A stretch of DNA of 32,000 nucleotides from Nitrososphaera sp. (lineage in GTDB: Archaea > Thermoproteota > Nitrososphaeria > Nitrososphaerales > Nitrososphaeraceae), in the NCBI GenBank assembly GCA_037441265.1, contig JBBISN010000102.1:7987-39986 (forward strand), given 5' to 3'. Below the pieces are notes generated by a model that saw only the letters and a list, made by a program, of their open reading frames with translations, did no database searches and was not told the DNA's origin. Position numbers and translations under genes: made by a program. Each line of letters starts with the position of its first letter. Position 1 is the first letter of the stretch. This document shows positions 25,309 to 32,000 of the stretch, one piece after another.

Positions 25309-26805
25309 TCACGTGCCTGGCTGGACGACTGAATACCCTATCTCCTTGAGCTCGAACTCGGTGGGCGATACCGCATGGAGCAGTGAATTGACTGCCGCCC
25401 TTCCGCGGATTGCGGCGTCTACGCACAGGGCGATGTCGGAGCTGTCGCACCTGCCGTCCGGCGCAAGAACCTTGAGCAGCCCTGTCGCGGTCTTTTTGAT
25501 GGCCTTTTCGTCCCTGATGGTTATGTTGCTCCCCTCCAGCCTTACCCTTTCAGAGATAATGTGCCCGAAGCTCTGGAGCGAGAGCTGGTGAAATACCTCG
25601 GACAGATAATCCGCGACAATCCCGTAACCGTTTGCAAGGTGCTCAGAACTCTGCTTTATTTTCGGCAGGTCCCACCCGGGGATGAAGGCGTGGATCCTGT
25701 CCAGGATGGCCGAATCACGCATGAAACCGGGCAATGCCGCGACCACTTCCTCCGGCTCCGGCCTGGGTCTGTTAAACTCGATGTTGCCCATGAACACCAG
25801 CGAACATGCAGAGTGGGCCTTCTTCGGGCCGCGCTCAAAGAAGCCGTCCACCATGTAGTCCTTCAGCTTTCCTATCATCTCCTCGCCGCTGTGAAAGGTC
25901 AGCCAGTTTATCTCGTCAAACGCGACGCAGTCGCGTATCCCTATCTCGCCTGCCGTCTTGGTGCTAATGTTGTAGAATATCGTGGCAGGGCTCACCTTTC
26001 CGCCGGATATCACGCGGGTGTGGTATGAAAGGTTCCTGTACAGGTACGTCTTGCCCGTGGCCTTGGGGCCAATCTCCAGGATGTTGGAATTTGCTTCCAC
26101 CAGCGGCACCAGCCGGCACAGCAGCAACAGCTTCTGGTCTGCCGTATACGAAGCCGGGTTGAGGCCGATGCTCGTCACCAGCAGGTCGGTCCATTCATCC
26201 CGCGAAAACCTTGAGCGCTGGGAGGCAAAGTTGGACAGGCTGACATTGGTCACCTGGAAGGGGGTGAACTTGGACATGATGATGGGTGTTGACGCGGCGG
26301 TGCCTTCCTTTGCGCGGGCCGGCCCGTCGCCGTCTGACGGGGGGAGGTACTTCAGGGTCGCTATGCCCCACATGCCGGACCGGAGGAGCTCGGCATTTTC
26401 GTCAAGGACCGTATTCAGTATCTGGGCATCGTGTACCCCTATGCAGGGGATGACCAGCCGGTGTTTAGCGGCCTTGATGTCCGTTTCCACCTTGAACTCG
26501 TCCATGAGCGTGTAGGACCCGGTATTCATTATGTCGTGCAGTATCTTGTCCTTGTCCCTGAGTTCTGGAAAGTGGACGTTTACAAAGTCAGCCAGTTTTT
26601 TCAGGCCGTCGTCGCCCCCATCGCTCCCGGAAAACTTGGCTACCAGGTACTCGGAGATGAACCTTGGCAGCCGGCTTATCTCCTGCGAATTGACAAGCCG
26701 CTTGTTCACAGCATAGGTGCCGAACACCTGCCGTATCTTGATGTCCGTCTCTGGCGAGGAAGGCAGGGGTTGCGATGGAGATGCCGGAGGCTGTTGCGAA
26801 GACAT
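25309..26805 (-). CDS. BrxL-like AAA+ ATPase (TIGR02688-type, Lon-related) lacking the C-terminal Lon-protease domain
   Basis: Collinear with BrxL: N-terminal ISEYLVAKF..., MWGIATLKY, RFSRDEWTDLLVTSIGLNP, Walker A LEIGPKATGKTYLY, Walker B CVAFDEI, LVFMGN, DSAILDRIHAFIPGWDLPKI, GYGIVADYLSEVF, IRDEKAIKKTATGLLKVL. The protein ends where the BrxL protease domain would begin. ATG 26805 is preferred over TTG 26841. Confidence 0.7.
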   Translation of the reverse strand: MSSQQPPASPSQPLPSSPETDIKIRQVFGTYAVNKRLVNSQEISRLPRFISEYLVAKFSGSDGGDDGLKKLADFVNVHFPELRDKDKILHDIMNTGSYTLMDEFKVETDIKAAKHRLVIPCIGVHDAQILNTVLDENAELLRSGMWGIATLKYLPPSDGDGPARAKEGTAASTPIIMSKFTPFQVTNVSLSNFASQRSRFSRDEWTDLLVTSIGLNPASYTADQKLLLLCRLVPLVEANSNILEIGPKATGKTYLYRNLSYHTRVISGGKVSPATIFYNISTKTAGEIGIRDCVAFDEINWLTFHSGEEMIGKLKDYMVDGFFERGPKKAHSACSLVFMGNIEFNRPRPEPEEVVAALPGFMRDSAILDRIHAFIPGWDLPKIKQSSEHLANGYGIVADYLSEVFHQLSLQSFGHIISERVRLEGSNITIRDEKAIKKTATGLLKVLAPDGRCDSSDIALCVDAAIRGRAAVNSLLHAVSPTEFELKEIGYSVVQPGT

Positions 26806-26876
26806 TTTACCGATACCTGAATCTCTCACGCGCGTCCACAAATACGAAGTATTTCATCGACATATCTGTACCTCCT

Positions 26877-28124
26877 TCACGTCAGCTCATCGATTATGCT
26901 GTCCCAGCTCCGGGACGTTTCTTTTGTGCGGCGAACGTCAGCGGGTACGCCTGCTGCGGCTGTGGCCTGGCTTGTCCTGTTTTCTCCTCCAGCAGAACGG
27001 CCGGCACCGGGCGGCCTCGTCGCCTGCTCCAGAAGGCTGTCGATTCCGATTCCAGACCGGACACCAGCCCCGGCTGCGCCTTCTGCACCGTCGAGAAACA
27101 TCTCCACCGTGCGGTCAGCTGTGGCCAACAGCCCCTTATAGTAAACGGTCAGGAAAGGAAGGGAATATTTCCTGCAGATATTTCCCAGGACTCCAAGGTA
27201 CACGGAAGTCGTAACCGAGAGGACATCTGGCAGGAAGGCGTTGTTATGGGTGTGCGTCGTATCGGCGGAGTAATATGCGAGCGCACAGCTCTTCATCATG
27301 GACTGGACCTGCTGAATGACGTCCAGGTCGTCCCGCCTGCTGCTGGTCTTGAGGCCCTCCGCCACTTCGTCCAGTAACTCCAACACGCGGTCTGATTGTA
27401 TTACAAAGCTGCTCTGCAACCCCAGCTGGCTTTCACCATACCCATCATACCCGATGTCATCCTCGCGGGACCTGGCGCCTTTGGTCTGCACAGTGGTCCT
27501 GAACGTGTCGCGCTTGCGCACCCATGCCAGCATCAGCGCCACGGCATGCGGACACGCGTCGCGCTCGTTGAAGGCGGAACAGTCGCAGTTTAAACCCGCA
27601 GCTGCCCTGTTGCCTTTGACCAGGACCTCTACTTCAGGTTCATGGTACACCGTCCCCCTTTCCCGGACCTTGCCGGTCAACCTGTTCCACATTACGTTCT
27701 TTTCAACAACGCTGCCGCTCATGAATAGAGTCAGGGCCTGGAAGTATGTGGTGCCGCGACGGAACATCAGTTCGATGTCACGTTCTGTCATGGAGAGCAA
27801 AGCTGGATCAACCAGGTCTATCAGGTTCATGACACCGGCATCTTTGAGCGATATGGTCTGCGGGACTGGATGGGCATCCCCGGGGCCTCCACCTCCAGCT
27901 TCCACTGGTTGCGTACGGGAAATGGCTGTTTGCACGAGGGACGCCACCTCCTTGGACAGGAGCGACATCGATTTTGTCACCGGCCTTTTTTTACTTCCCG
28001 CCCTCCCGAACATGCTTCCCGGTTTGTGAGAAGGGGCCTGCTGGATTAAAAACATAGCGGCACGTGACGACATGAAAATTTCCTCTGCACAAGGCCGCAC
28101 GTTGGCCAGGCCTGTCAATTTCAT
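26877..28124 (-). CDS. SWIM zinc-finger protein with uncharacterised C-terminal helical region (start codon uncertain)
   Basis: RRGTTYFQ...VRERGTVYHEPEVEVLV...GLNCDCSAFNERDACPHAVALMLAW is a CxCx(n)CxH SWIM signature in its usual beta-rich context. Alternative starts lie at 28073 and 27968. Confidence 0.65.
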   Translation of the reverse strand: MKLTGLANVRPCAEEIFMSSRAAMFLIQQAPSHKPGSMFGRAGSKKRPVTKSMSLLSKEVASLVQTAISRTQPVEAGGGGPGDAHPVPQTISLKDAGVMNLIDLVDPALLSMTERDIELMFRRGTTYFQALTLFMSGSVVEKNVMWNRLTGKVRERGTVYHEPEVEVLVKGNRAAAGLNCDCSAFNERDACPHAVALMLAWVRKRDTFRTTVQTKGARSREDDIGYDGYGESQLGLQSSFVIQSDRVLELLDEVAEGLKTSSRRDDLDVIQQVQSMMKSCALAYYSADTTHTHNNAFLPDVLSVTTSVYLGVLGNICRKYSLPFLTVYYKGLLATADRTVEMFLDGAEGAAGAGVRSGIGIDSLLEQATRPPGAGRSAGGENRTSQATAAAGVPADVRRTKETSRSWDSIIDELT

Positions 28125-28239
28125 ACTCCGCGGGAGGGATATCCTGACTGGGCCAGACCTTGAGCGGCTGTCAAACTACCTGTGAAAGCTCAACCAGCGT
28201 AGGCCGCCTGCAAGCAAGGCAGCAAGAAGAATAATCACC

Positions 28240-28470
28240 TTACAACTGCTTTTGGGCCTTAAGGTCTTTCCATGCATGCACCGCGCTTTTTAGCCATTCA
28301 TTCTCCTTTGCCAGCCGTTTTTCCTCATCATCCAGCCGCTTTTCCTCATCAGCCAGCCGTTTTATCTCATCATGCATGGATTTCAACCGCGACTTAAGCT
28401 CTGTGCATCGTTTGCGGTAATACTCCGTCTCGGCCCAAAGCTTGGTTTCGACAACCTTCTCGGGTGCCAT
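28240..28470 (-). CDS. Small coiled-coil protein (76 aa)
   Basis: Heptad-rich KRLADEEKRLDDEEKRLAKENEWLK, encoded by a 3 x 21-bp tandem repeat. Confidence 0.45.
   Translation of the reverse strand: MAPEKVVETKLWAETEYYRKRCTELKSRLKSMHDEIKRLADEEKRLDDEEKRLAKENEWLKSAVHAWKDLKAQKQL
28311..28373. repeat. 3 x 21-bp in-frame tandem repeat
   Basis: Units are ccagccgtttttcctcatcat, ccagccgcttttcctcatcag and ccagccgttttatctcatcat. Confidence 0.85.
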
Positions 28471-28617
28471 AAGTCGAGGTGATTGACAACCGGGATGAAA
28501 ATATGGTGATCAAGAACAATTGTCAGACAGGTCTATGCGTTTCAGAATAGATTCCCGGCTCTACGCTTGCGGAACGCATGGCAATATCCTTTTCAGTCGC
28601 CCCGACAAGATCCATGT

Positions 28618-28743
28618 ATGACGCAATGCGCGGTCTGCGGCCGCTACATGGCACCGATGTGCTACGAGTGCAACCGGCACCACCATCCCGAATGCCCGTG
28701 TCCCGCTTCTAAACGTCAGTCGCGGCGCGAGAAACACACCTAG
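28618..28743 (+). CDS. Possible 41-aa Cys/His-rich mini-protein (below the ORF-track threshold)
   Basis: The ATG-initiated ORF reads MTQCAVCGRYMAPMCYECNRHHHPECPCPASKRQSRREKHT. It has CxxC x8 CxxC plus an HHH/CPC cluster and GC-rich third positions like neighbouring genes. Its TAG stop shares a CTAG with the stop of the convergent helicase gene. Confidence 0.25.
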   Translation: MTQCAVCGRYMAPMCYECNRHHHPECPCPASKRQSRREKHT

Positions 28744-30941
28744 GCTATCTGCTTCACCTTCAGGCTCAACACTCCGTCCTGCCGGTAGAGCTCGCCTACC
28801 ACGTCAAAGGTCGCGCCCTTTTTCAGAAGTTCTCTGGGGCCATTGTAGTCGTAGTGGTTCAGCCTCGCCCGCCACTTTTTGTTTATCATGACGACAGCCT
28901 TTCCCTGCACCACCTTTTCAACGCGGATGGAGTAGATGTCGCCTTTTGCTGCAGCCAGGTTGTCTGCAAGGACCACCGTCCCTTCGTCCCTCCACGCCAG
29001 CCTCCGGAGCTTTTCGAGCTTCTTGAGCGCCTCGTTGAGCACGGGGTAGTCCAGGGACAGGTACTCGCGCAGGAGCTCTACGTCCGCACCTTTTACCCCC
29101 GCCTTTGCAAGCTCGGTGTGTATGCGCCTTGCAGCCCTTTCGACTTCGCGCCGAAAAGCCCCGGTGAGCATCTCCTCCTCAGTCGATATGGCCTTCTTCC
29201 GCAGCGTCTGCACTCTGTTCCTCACTTCGGCGTCCACCGCGGCGGCCTCGACAGGACCCTTTTTCCCTAGCTCCTTTTCCACCTCTTTCCGCAGCCGCTC
29301 CTCCGCCTTTGACCTCCACCCTTCAAGCGCGGCCAGCTCTTCTGCTGTCATGGGGTCTGGCTCAAGGAACGCCCTCTTTGCCGGCGTCAGGACCGCGTTT
29401 ATGGACGACAGCGACTCTTTCATCTTCTCCACCCGCCTCTTGCTTGCATAGAGGTGGCGGGTGTCTATGGTGTCGTTAGCAGCAAGTATCACCACGGAGC
29501 CGGCTGCCTTTCTGCCTGTCCTGCCCCTCCTCTGGATGTACCTTATCTCGCTTGGTATGGGTTCGTAGAATACCACCAGGTCCACCTCCGGGATGTCCAG
29601 ACCCTCTTCTGCTATGGACGTGGCAACAAGTACGTCAAATTCGCCTTCCCTGAAAGACTGGAGCACTGCAGCCTGTTCGTCCTGCTTCATGCCCTCGTCT
29701 CCCTGCCGCTTGGCCTGTCCGACGAACCTCGAAGCTTTGATGTCGTTCGAAGACAGCACTTCTACTATGTGCCTTGCAGTGTCGCGGTACTGGGTGAATA
29801 CCAGAACTCGACCCTGTTGTTTGTTACTTCCGGAGCCGCAACAATACTCCTTTACAAGCTCAACTATGCGCCTGGCCTTAGGGTGCTCCACCGGTGCTTT
29901 CTCAACCAGTGCCCTTACCTCCATTATCTTGGGGTCTTTGAGCAGTGCGGCATGCGTCCTGCCGCCTTCCTCCTCTATCCTCTCAAAGAAGGCCTTGAGC
30001 GAATGGGAGCCCTGGCTCTCTATCAGCTCGAGACAGTACATCAGCGTGAGCGCGGCCGACTGGTTCATTATGGCCACGTATATTGGACCACGCTGCTCCT
30101 CCATAGTGAGCTCTAGCCTGTACCTTAGAGCCTCCCCTGCATCTATCAGGTCGCGCTTGAATATCCACCGTGTGTCTTTCTTTTTGCCCAGAATACCGCG
30201 CTGGACAAGCCACCTGAGCTTTTCGTCAAGCATCGACCTGAGCACCGACGCAATGTAACGGTACTCTTCTGGCAGGTCGAACCACTCCCACTTTACCTCT
30301 ATGGGGTTGACGTACGGCTTGACGTCGCCGTCCTCTTCGCTCCTGTACTCGACGTGCTCTATGTACAGGTTGTCGCACACTTCCTGTATCCTTTCCCTCT
30401 TGGCCCCGGGGCTTGCGGTCATGGCAAGGACCACTGGGTGCATCGACTGGCCGACGTATTCCCTTGCTATAGCAGTATACGCATAGTCCTTCACCGCCCG
30501 GTGGACCTCGTCAAAGACCAGCAGGATAAAGTCCTTCAGGTGTAGCCGGCCCTCCTCAAGGTCGTTCCTCACTACCTCCGGCGTGGCAAAGACGAGCCTG
30601 ACGTCCCTCTTGTCCCAGACCGCCCTCCTTGCTTCAGGGACAGTCTTGCCCGTTACCATTGCCGCCTGCTCTTCAGGGATCTTGAGCACAGCTGAAAATG
30701 ACTTTAGGTGCTGGGACACGAGCGGGCGTGTAGGTGCCATCATAAGCACCCTTTTGTCGCGGTACTTGTAGAGGGTGTCCGCGCACACAAGGGCTGCTAT
30801 CATGGTTTTTCCCAGCGCAGTCGGCAGGATGACCAGGGTGTTTTTGTGGCTTGCAGCGTCGGCTATGTTCTTCTGGTATAGCCTGTGGTCGATGGCCCCA
30901 TTCCATACAAGGGGGTGTTCTGCAAAAGAGGCTTCCGTCAA
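28740..30941 (-). CDS. Hef/FANCM/Mph1-type SF2 helicase without an ERCC4 nuclease domain; C-terminal coiled-coil plus beta-rich domain
   Basis: Motif I LPTALGKT, II FDEVHRAV, III LAMTASPG, VI IQRRGRTGRK. An inserted helical domain lies between the RecA lobes. The C-terminal roughly 200 aa has no GDxnERKx3D nuclease signature. Confidence 0.75.
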   Translation of the reverse strand: MTEASFAEHPLVWNGAIDHRLYQKNIADAASHKNTLVILPTALGKTMIAALVCADTLYKYRDKRVLMMAPTRPLVSQHLKSFSAVLKIPEEQAAMVTGKTVPEARRAVWDKRDVRLVFATPEVVRNDLEEGRLHLKDFILLVFDEVHRAVKDYAYTAIAREYVGQSMHPVVLAMTASPGAKRERIQEVCDNLYIEHVEYRSEEDGDVKPYVNPIEVKWEWFDLPEEYRYIASVLRSMLDEKLRWLVQRGILGKKKDTRWIFKRDLIDAGEALRYRLELTMEEQRGPIYVAIMNQSAALTLMYCLELIESQGSHSLKAFFERIEEEGGRTHAALLKDPKIMEVRALVEKAPVEHPKARRIVELVKEYCCGSGSNKQQGRVLVFTQYRDTARHIVEVLSSNDIKASRFVGQAKRQGDEGMKQDEQAAVLQSFREGEFDVLVATSIAEEGLDIPEVDLVVFYEPIPSEIRYIQRRGRTGRKAAGSVVILAANDTIDTRHLYASKRRVEKMKESLSSINAVLTPAKRAFLEPDPMTAEELAALEGWRSKAEERLRKEVEKELGKKGPVEAAAVDAEVRNRVQTLRKKAISTEEEMLTGAFRREVERAARRIHTELAKAGVKGADVELLREYLSLDYPVLNEALKKLEKLRRLAWRDEGTVVLADNLAAAKGDIYSIRVEKVVQGKAVVMINKKWRARLNHYDYNGPRELLKKGATFDVVGELYRQDGVLSLKVKQIA

Positions 30942-30997
30942 CTGCTATTCACAGGAGCTGCCCTGACTAGAGGCGGCCAGAGCGGTATTTAAGCAGT

Positions 30998-31324
30998 TCA
31001 GATCTCAAACACGTCTTCGCCAGCCTTCACGGCGGGCTTTCTTTCAGGGTTGACCTCGTCTATGCTGTGCGCCAGCTGCTCTAGCTTGGGGTTGACAAGG
31101 AGCTTGGTTATCTCTTCAAGCTCAGGCGCCGACCTGATTACTATTCCCCTCTTTTTTGTTGCAGCGCCGGACGCGTCTACCGGGTTGACTTCAATCGCAA
31201 GGGTGGGAGCCCTTCCCTTGAACTGCGGCAGCTTGATGAGGAACACGCCCGGTACAGTTGTGGCTTTCCTCTCCCAGTCCTTCCCGTTCTTCAAGAATTG
31301 TGCGAGCCTCTCGTCTGGAGCCAT
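30998..31324 (-). CDS. Hypothetical protein (108 aa)
   Basis: ATG-initiated ORF co-directional with the helicase. No motif recognised. Confidence 0.4.
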   Translation of the reverse strand: MAPDERLAQFLKNGKDWERKATTVPGVFLIKLPQFKGRAPTLAIEVNPVDASGAATKKRGIVIRSAPELEEITKLLVNPKLEQLAHSIDEVNPERKPAVKAGEDVFEI

Positions 31325-31375
31325 AGGATGTCATGAGGATAGCCGCTTTAAAAGCACTGCGAGAGCTTTCCCGGC

Positions 31376-32000
31376 ATGCCCGTAAACACTGCCAGTTCAG
31401 GATGGTACGAGCTCAGGCCGTTTTTCGAGCCGGCAGACGGCAAGTACGCAGACATGCACGAAGTGGTCAGGAGGATAACGGAATTTTCGTTTTTCATAGT
31501 CAGGGCCGCGGACGGCACGATGCGGCTTTTCGCGCACGTGCCCAGTGAGAGCGATGCCAGAGTGGCGCAGGGTACATTGAAGAACGCGCTTTTGGAGCCG
31601 ACAGATCCAAAGGCATTCTCCGCAAGTGTGGTTGCATACCTGAAGATGAAGAAACATTACGCCATACCAATCGCGCGTGAGCTGGCGGCGCCACTGCTGT
31701 ATGCGACTATGGAGAAGATAGACAGGCCGTGTTTTGTCGCCGTGAGCGCAAAGCATTCTGATGAATCGTTCCAGATATCAAATTTCATAGAAAGAAACAC
31801 GTACGACAAGCCGCCGCTCTGGCGCGATGTTCTAGGTATGTTTACTTCTGGTACCAACCCGGAGAATCCAAAGAGAAGCATGTCGCCGGGGAAGCTGATG
31901 GTTGCCGAGCTTGCGAAGGAGAAACAAAAGTTACGACATTTTCACTGCATCATCGCAATTGGCACAGGTGACCTTGGCACAGCCCGTTCCATCATCAAAG
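31376..32000 (+). CDS. Hypothetical protein, 3'-partial (runs off the window; absent from the supplied ORF track)
   Basis: Codon-by-codon translation from ATG 31376 gives 208 codons with no stop: MPVNTASSGWYELRPFFEPADGKYADMHEVVRRITEFSFFIV...HFHCIIAIGTGDLGTARSIIK. The in-frame upstream stop is TAA at 31349-31351. Confidence 0.55.
   Translation, partial: MPVNTASSGWYELRPFFEPADGKYADMHEVVRRITEFSFFIVRAADGTMRLFAHVPSESDARVAQGTLKNALLEPTDPKAFSASVVAYLKMKKHYAIPIARELAAPLLYATMEKIDRPCFVAVSAKHSDESFQISNFIERNTYDKPPLWRDVLGMFTSGTNPENPKRSMSPGKLMVAELAKEKQKLRHFHCIIAIGTGDLGTARSIIK

Noticed and set aside
26775-28029. Plus-strand ORFs of 200 and 237 aa antisense to the SWIM gene
   Set aside because: These are shadow ORFs rich in Ser/Arg/Pro. 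The minus-strand frame contains the SWIM CxCxnCxH motif in proper context.
24620-28124. Calling the locus a BREX system because of the BrxL-like gene
   Set aside because: No PglZ, PglX methyltransferase, or BrxA, BrxB or BrxC-like ORFs are recognisable anywhere in the window, and the ATPase lacks the Lon-like domain. I report it as an orphan BrxL-like cassette instead.
28311-28373. The 21-bp tandem repeats considered as a possible mini-CRISPR or other non-coding array
   Set aside because: The units are contiguous with no spacers, lie in frame inside a 76-aa ORF, and encode heptads.
29454-30258. Two plus-strand ORFs of about 220 aa antisense to the Hef-like helicase
   Set aside because: They are antisense shadows, and the minus frame contains all SF2 helicase motifs.
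31333-31881. Track ORFs 31333-31548 (+), 31397-31756 (-) and 31657-31881 (-)
   Set aside because: Their translations are compositionally aberrant, and all overlap a 208-codon stop-free plus-strand frame that is a better gene candidate.
1-32000. tRNA, rRNA or att-site search by eye (T-loop GGTTCRAATCC-type motifs on both strands)
   Set aside because: No convincing tRNA-like sequence was found. The near matches, such as gggttcaaaaag at 24397, lack acceptor and anticodon stems. A covariance-model scan is still needed.

Overview
The window reads as an archaeal accessory region, probably Nitrososphaeria/Thaumarchaeota-like. That assignment is an inference from TATA-like boxes about 26 nt upstream of several start codons (leaderless layout), an HFX_2341/Csa3-like CARF regulator, a Hef-type helicase and a thaumarchaeal-type tyrosine recombinase. 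Most of it looks like a decaying integrated conjugative or plasmid-like element. Its parts are a VirD4/TraG-like coupling ATPase beside a giant surface protein (447-5267), a polytopic VirB6/TrbL-like membrane protein and an A24 prepilin-peptidase-like protein (20232-23487), and a replication/regulation module (14081-16878: HTH protein, TGACA-rich iteron-like array, eroded P4/D5-type SF3 helicase, Zn-ribbon, RHH). The tyrosine recombinase is broken (18112-19372). Two unrelated insertion sequences are present: IS110 family at about 9904-11395, and an IS701/IS4-like element at 11886-13393 with 18-bp terminal inverted repeats. Two cargo clusters stand out. (1) 5301-9903 holds a CARF-wHTH regulator divergent from a tightly packed PIN / acidic Zn-ribbon / UvrD-helicase-Cas4-like-nuclease operon; the helicase-nuclease is frameshifted inside a (GCTG)4 tetranucleotide tract. 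(2) 24620-28124 is a co-directional cassette of a SWIM zinc-finger protein, a BrxL-like AAA+ ATPase lacking both the Lon-protease domain and any BREX core genes, and an MM3350/pRiA4b-ORF3-like protein. A second MM3350-like paralog lies convergent to it, and a Hef/FANCM-type helicase without an ERCC4 nuclease domain lies upstream on the same strand. Cluster (2) is my best candidate for an undescribed (defence-like) system. I saw no rRNA, tRNA or CRISPR array. One long + strand ORF (31376 to the window end) is missing from the supplied ORF track. All family assignments come from motif recognition by eye and need HMM or structure confirmation.
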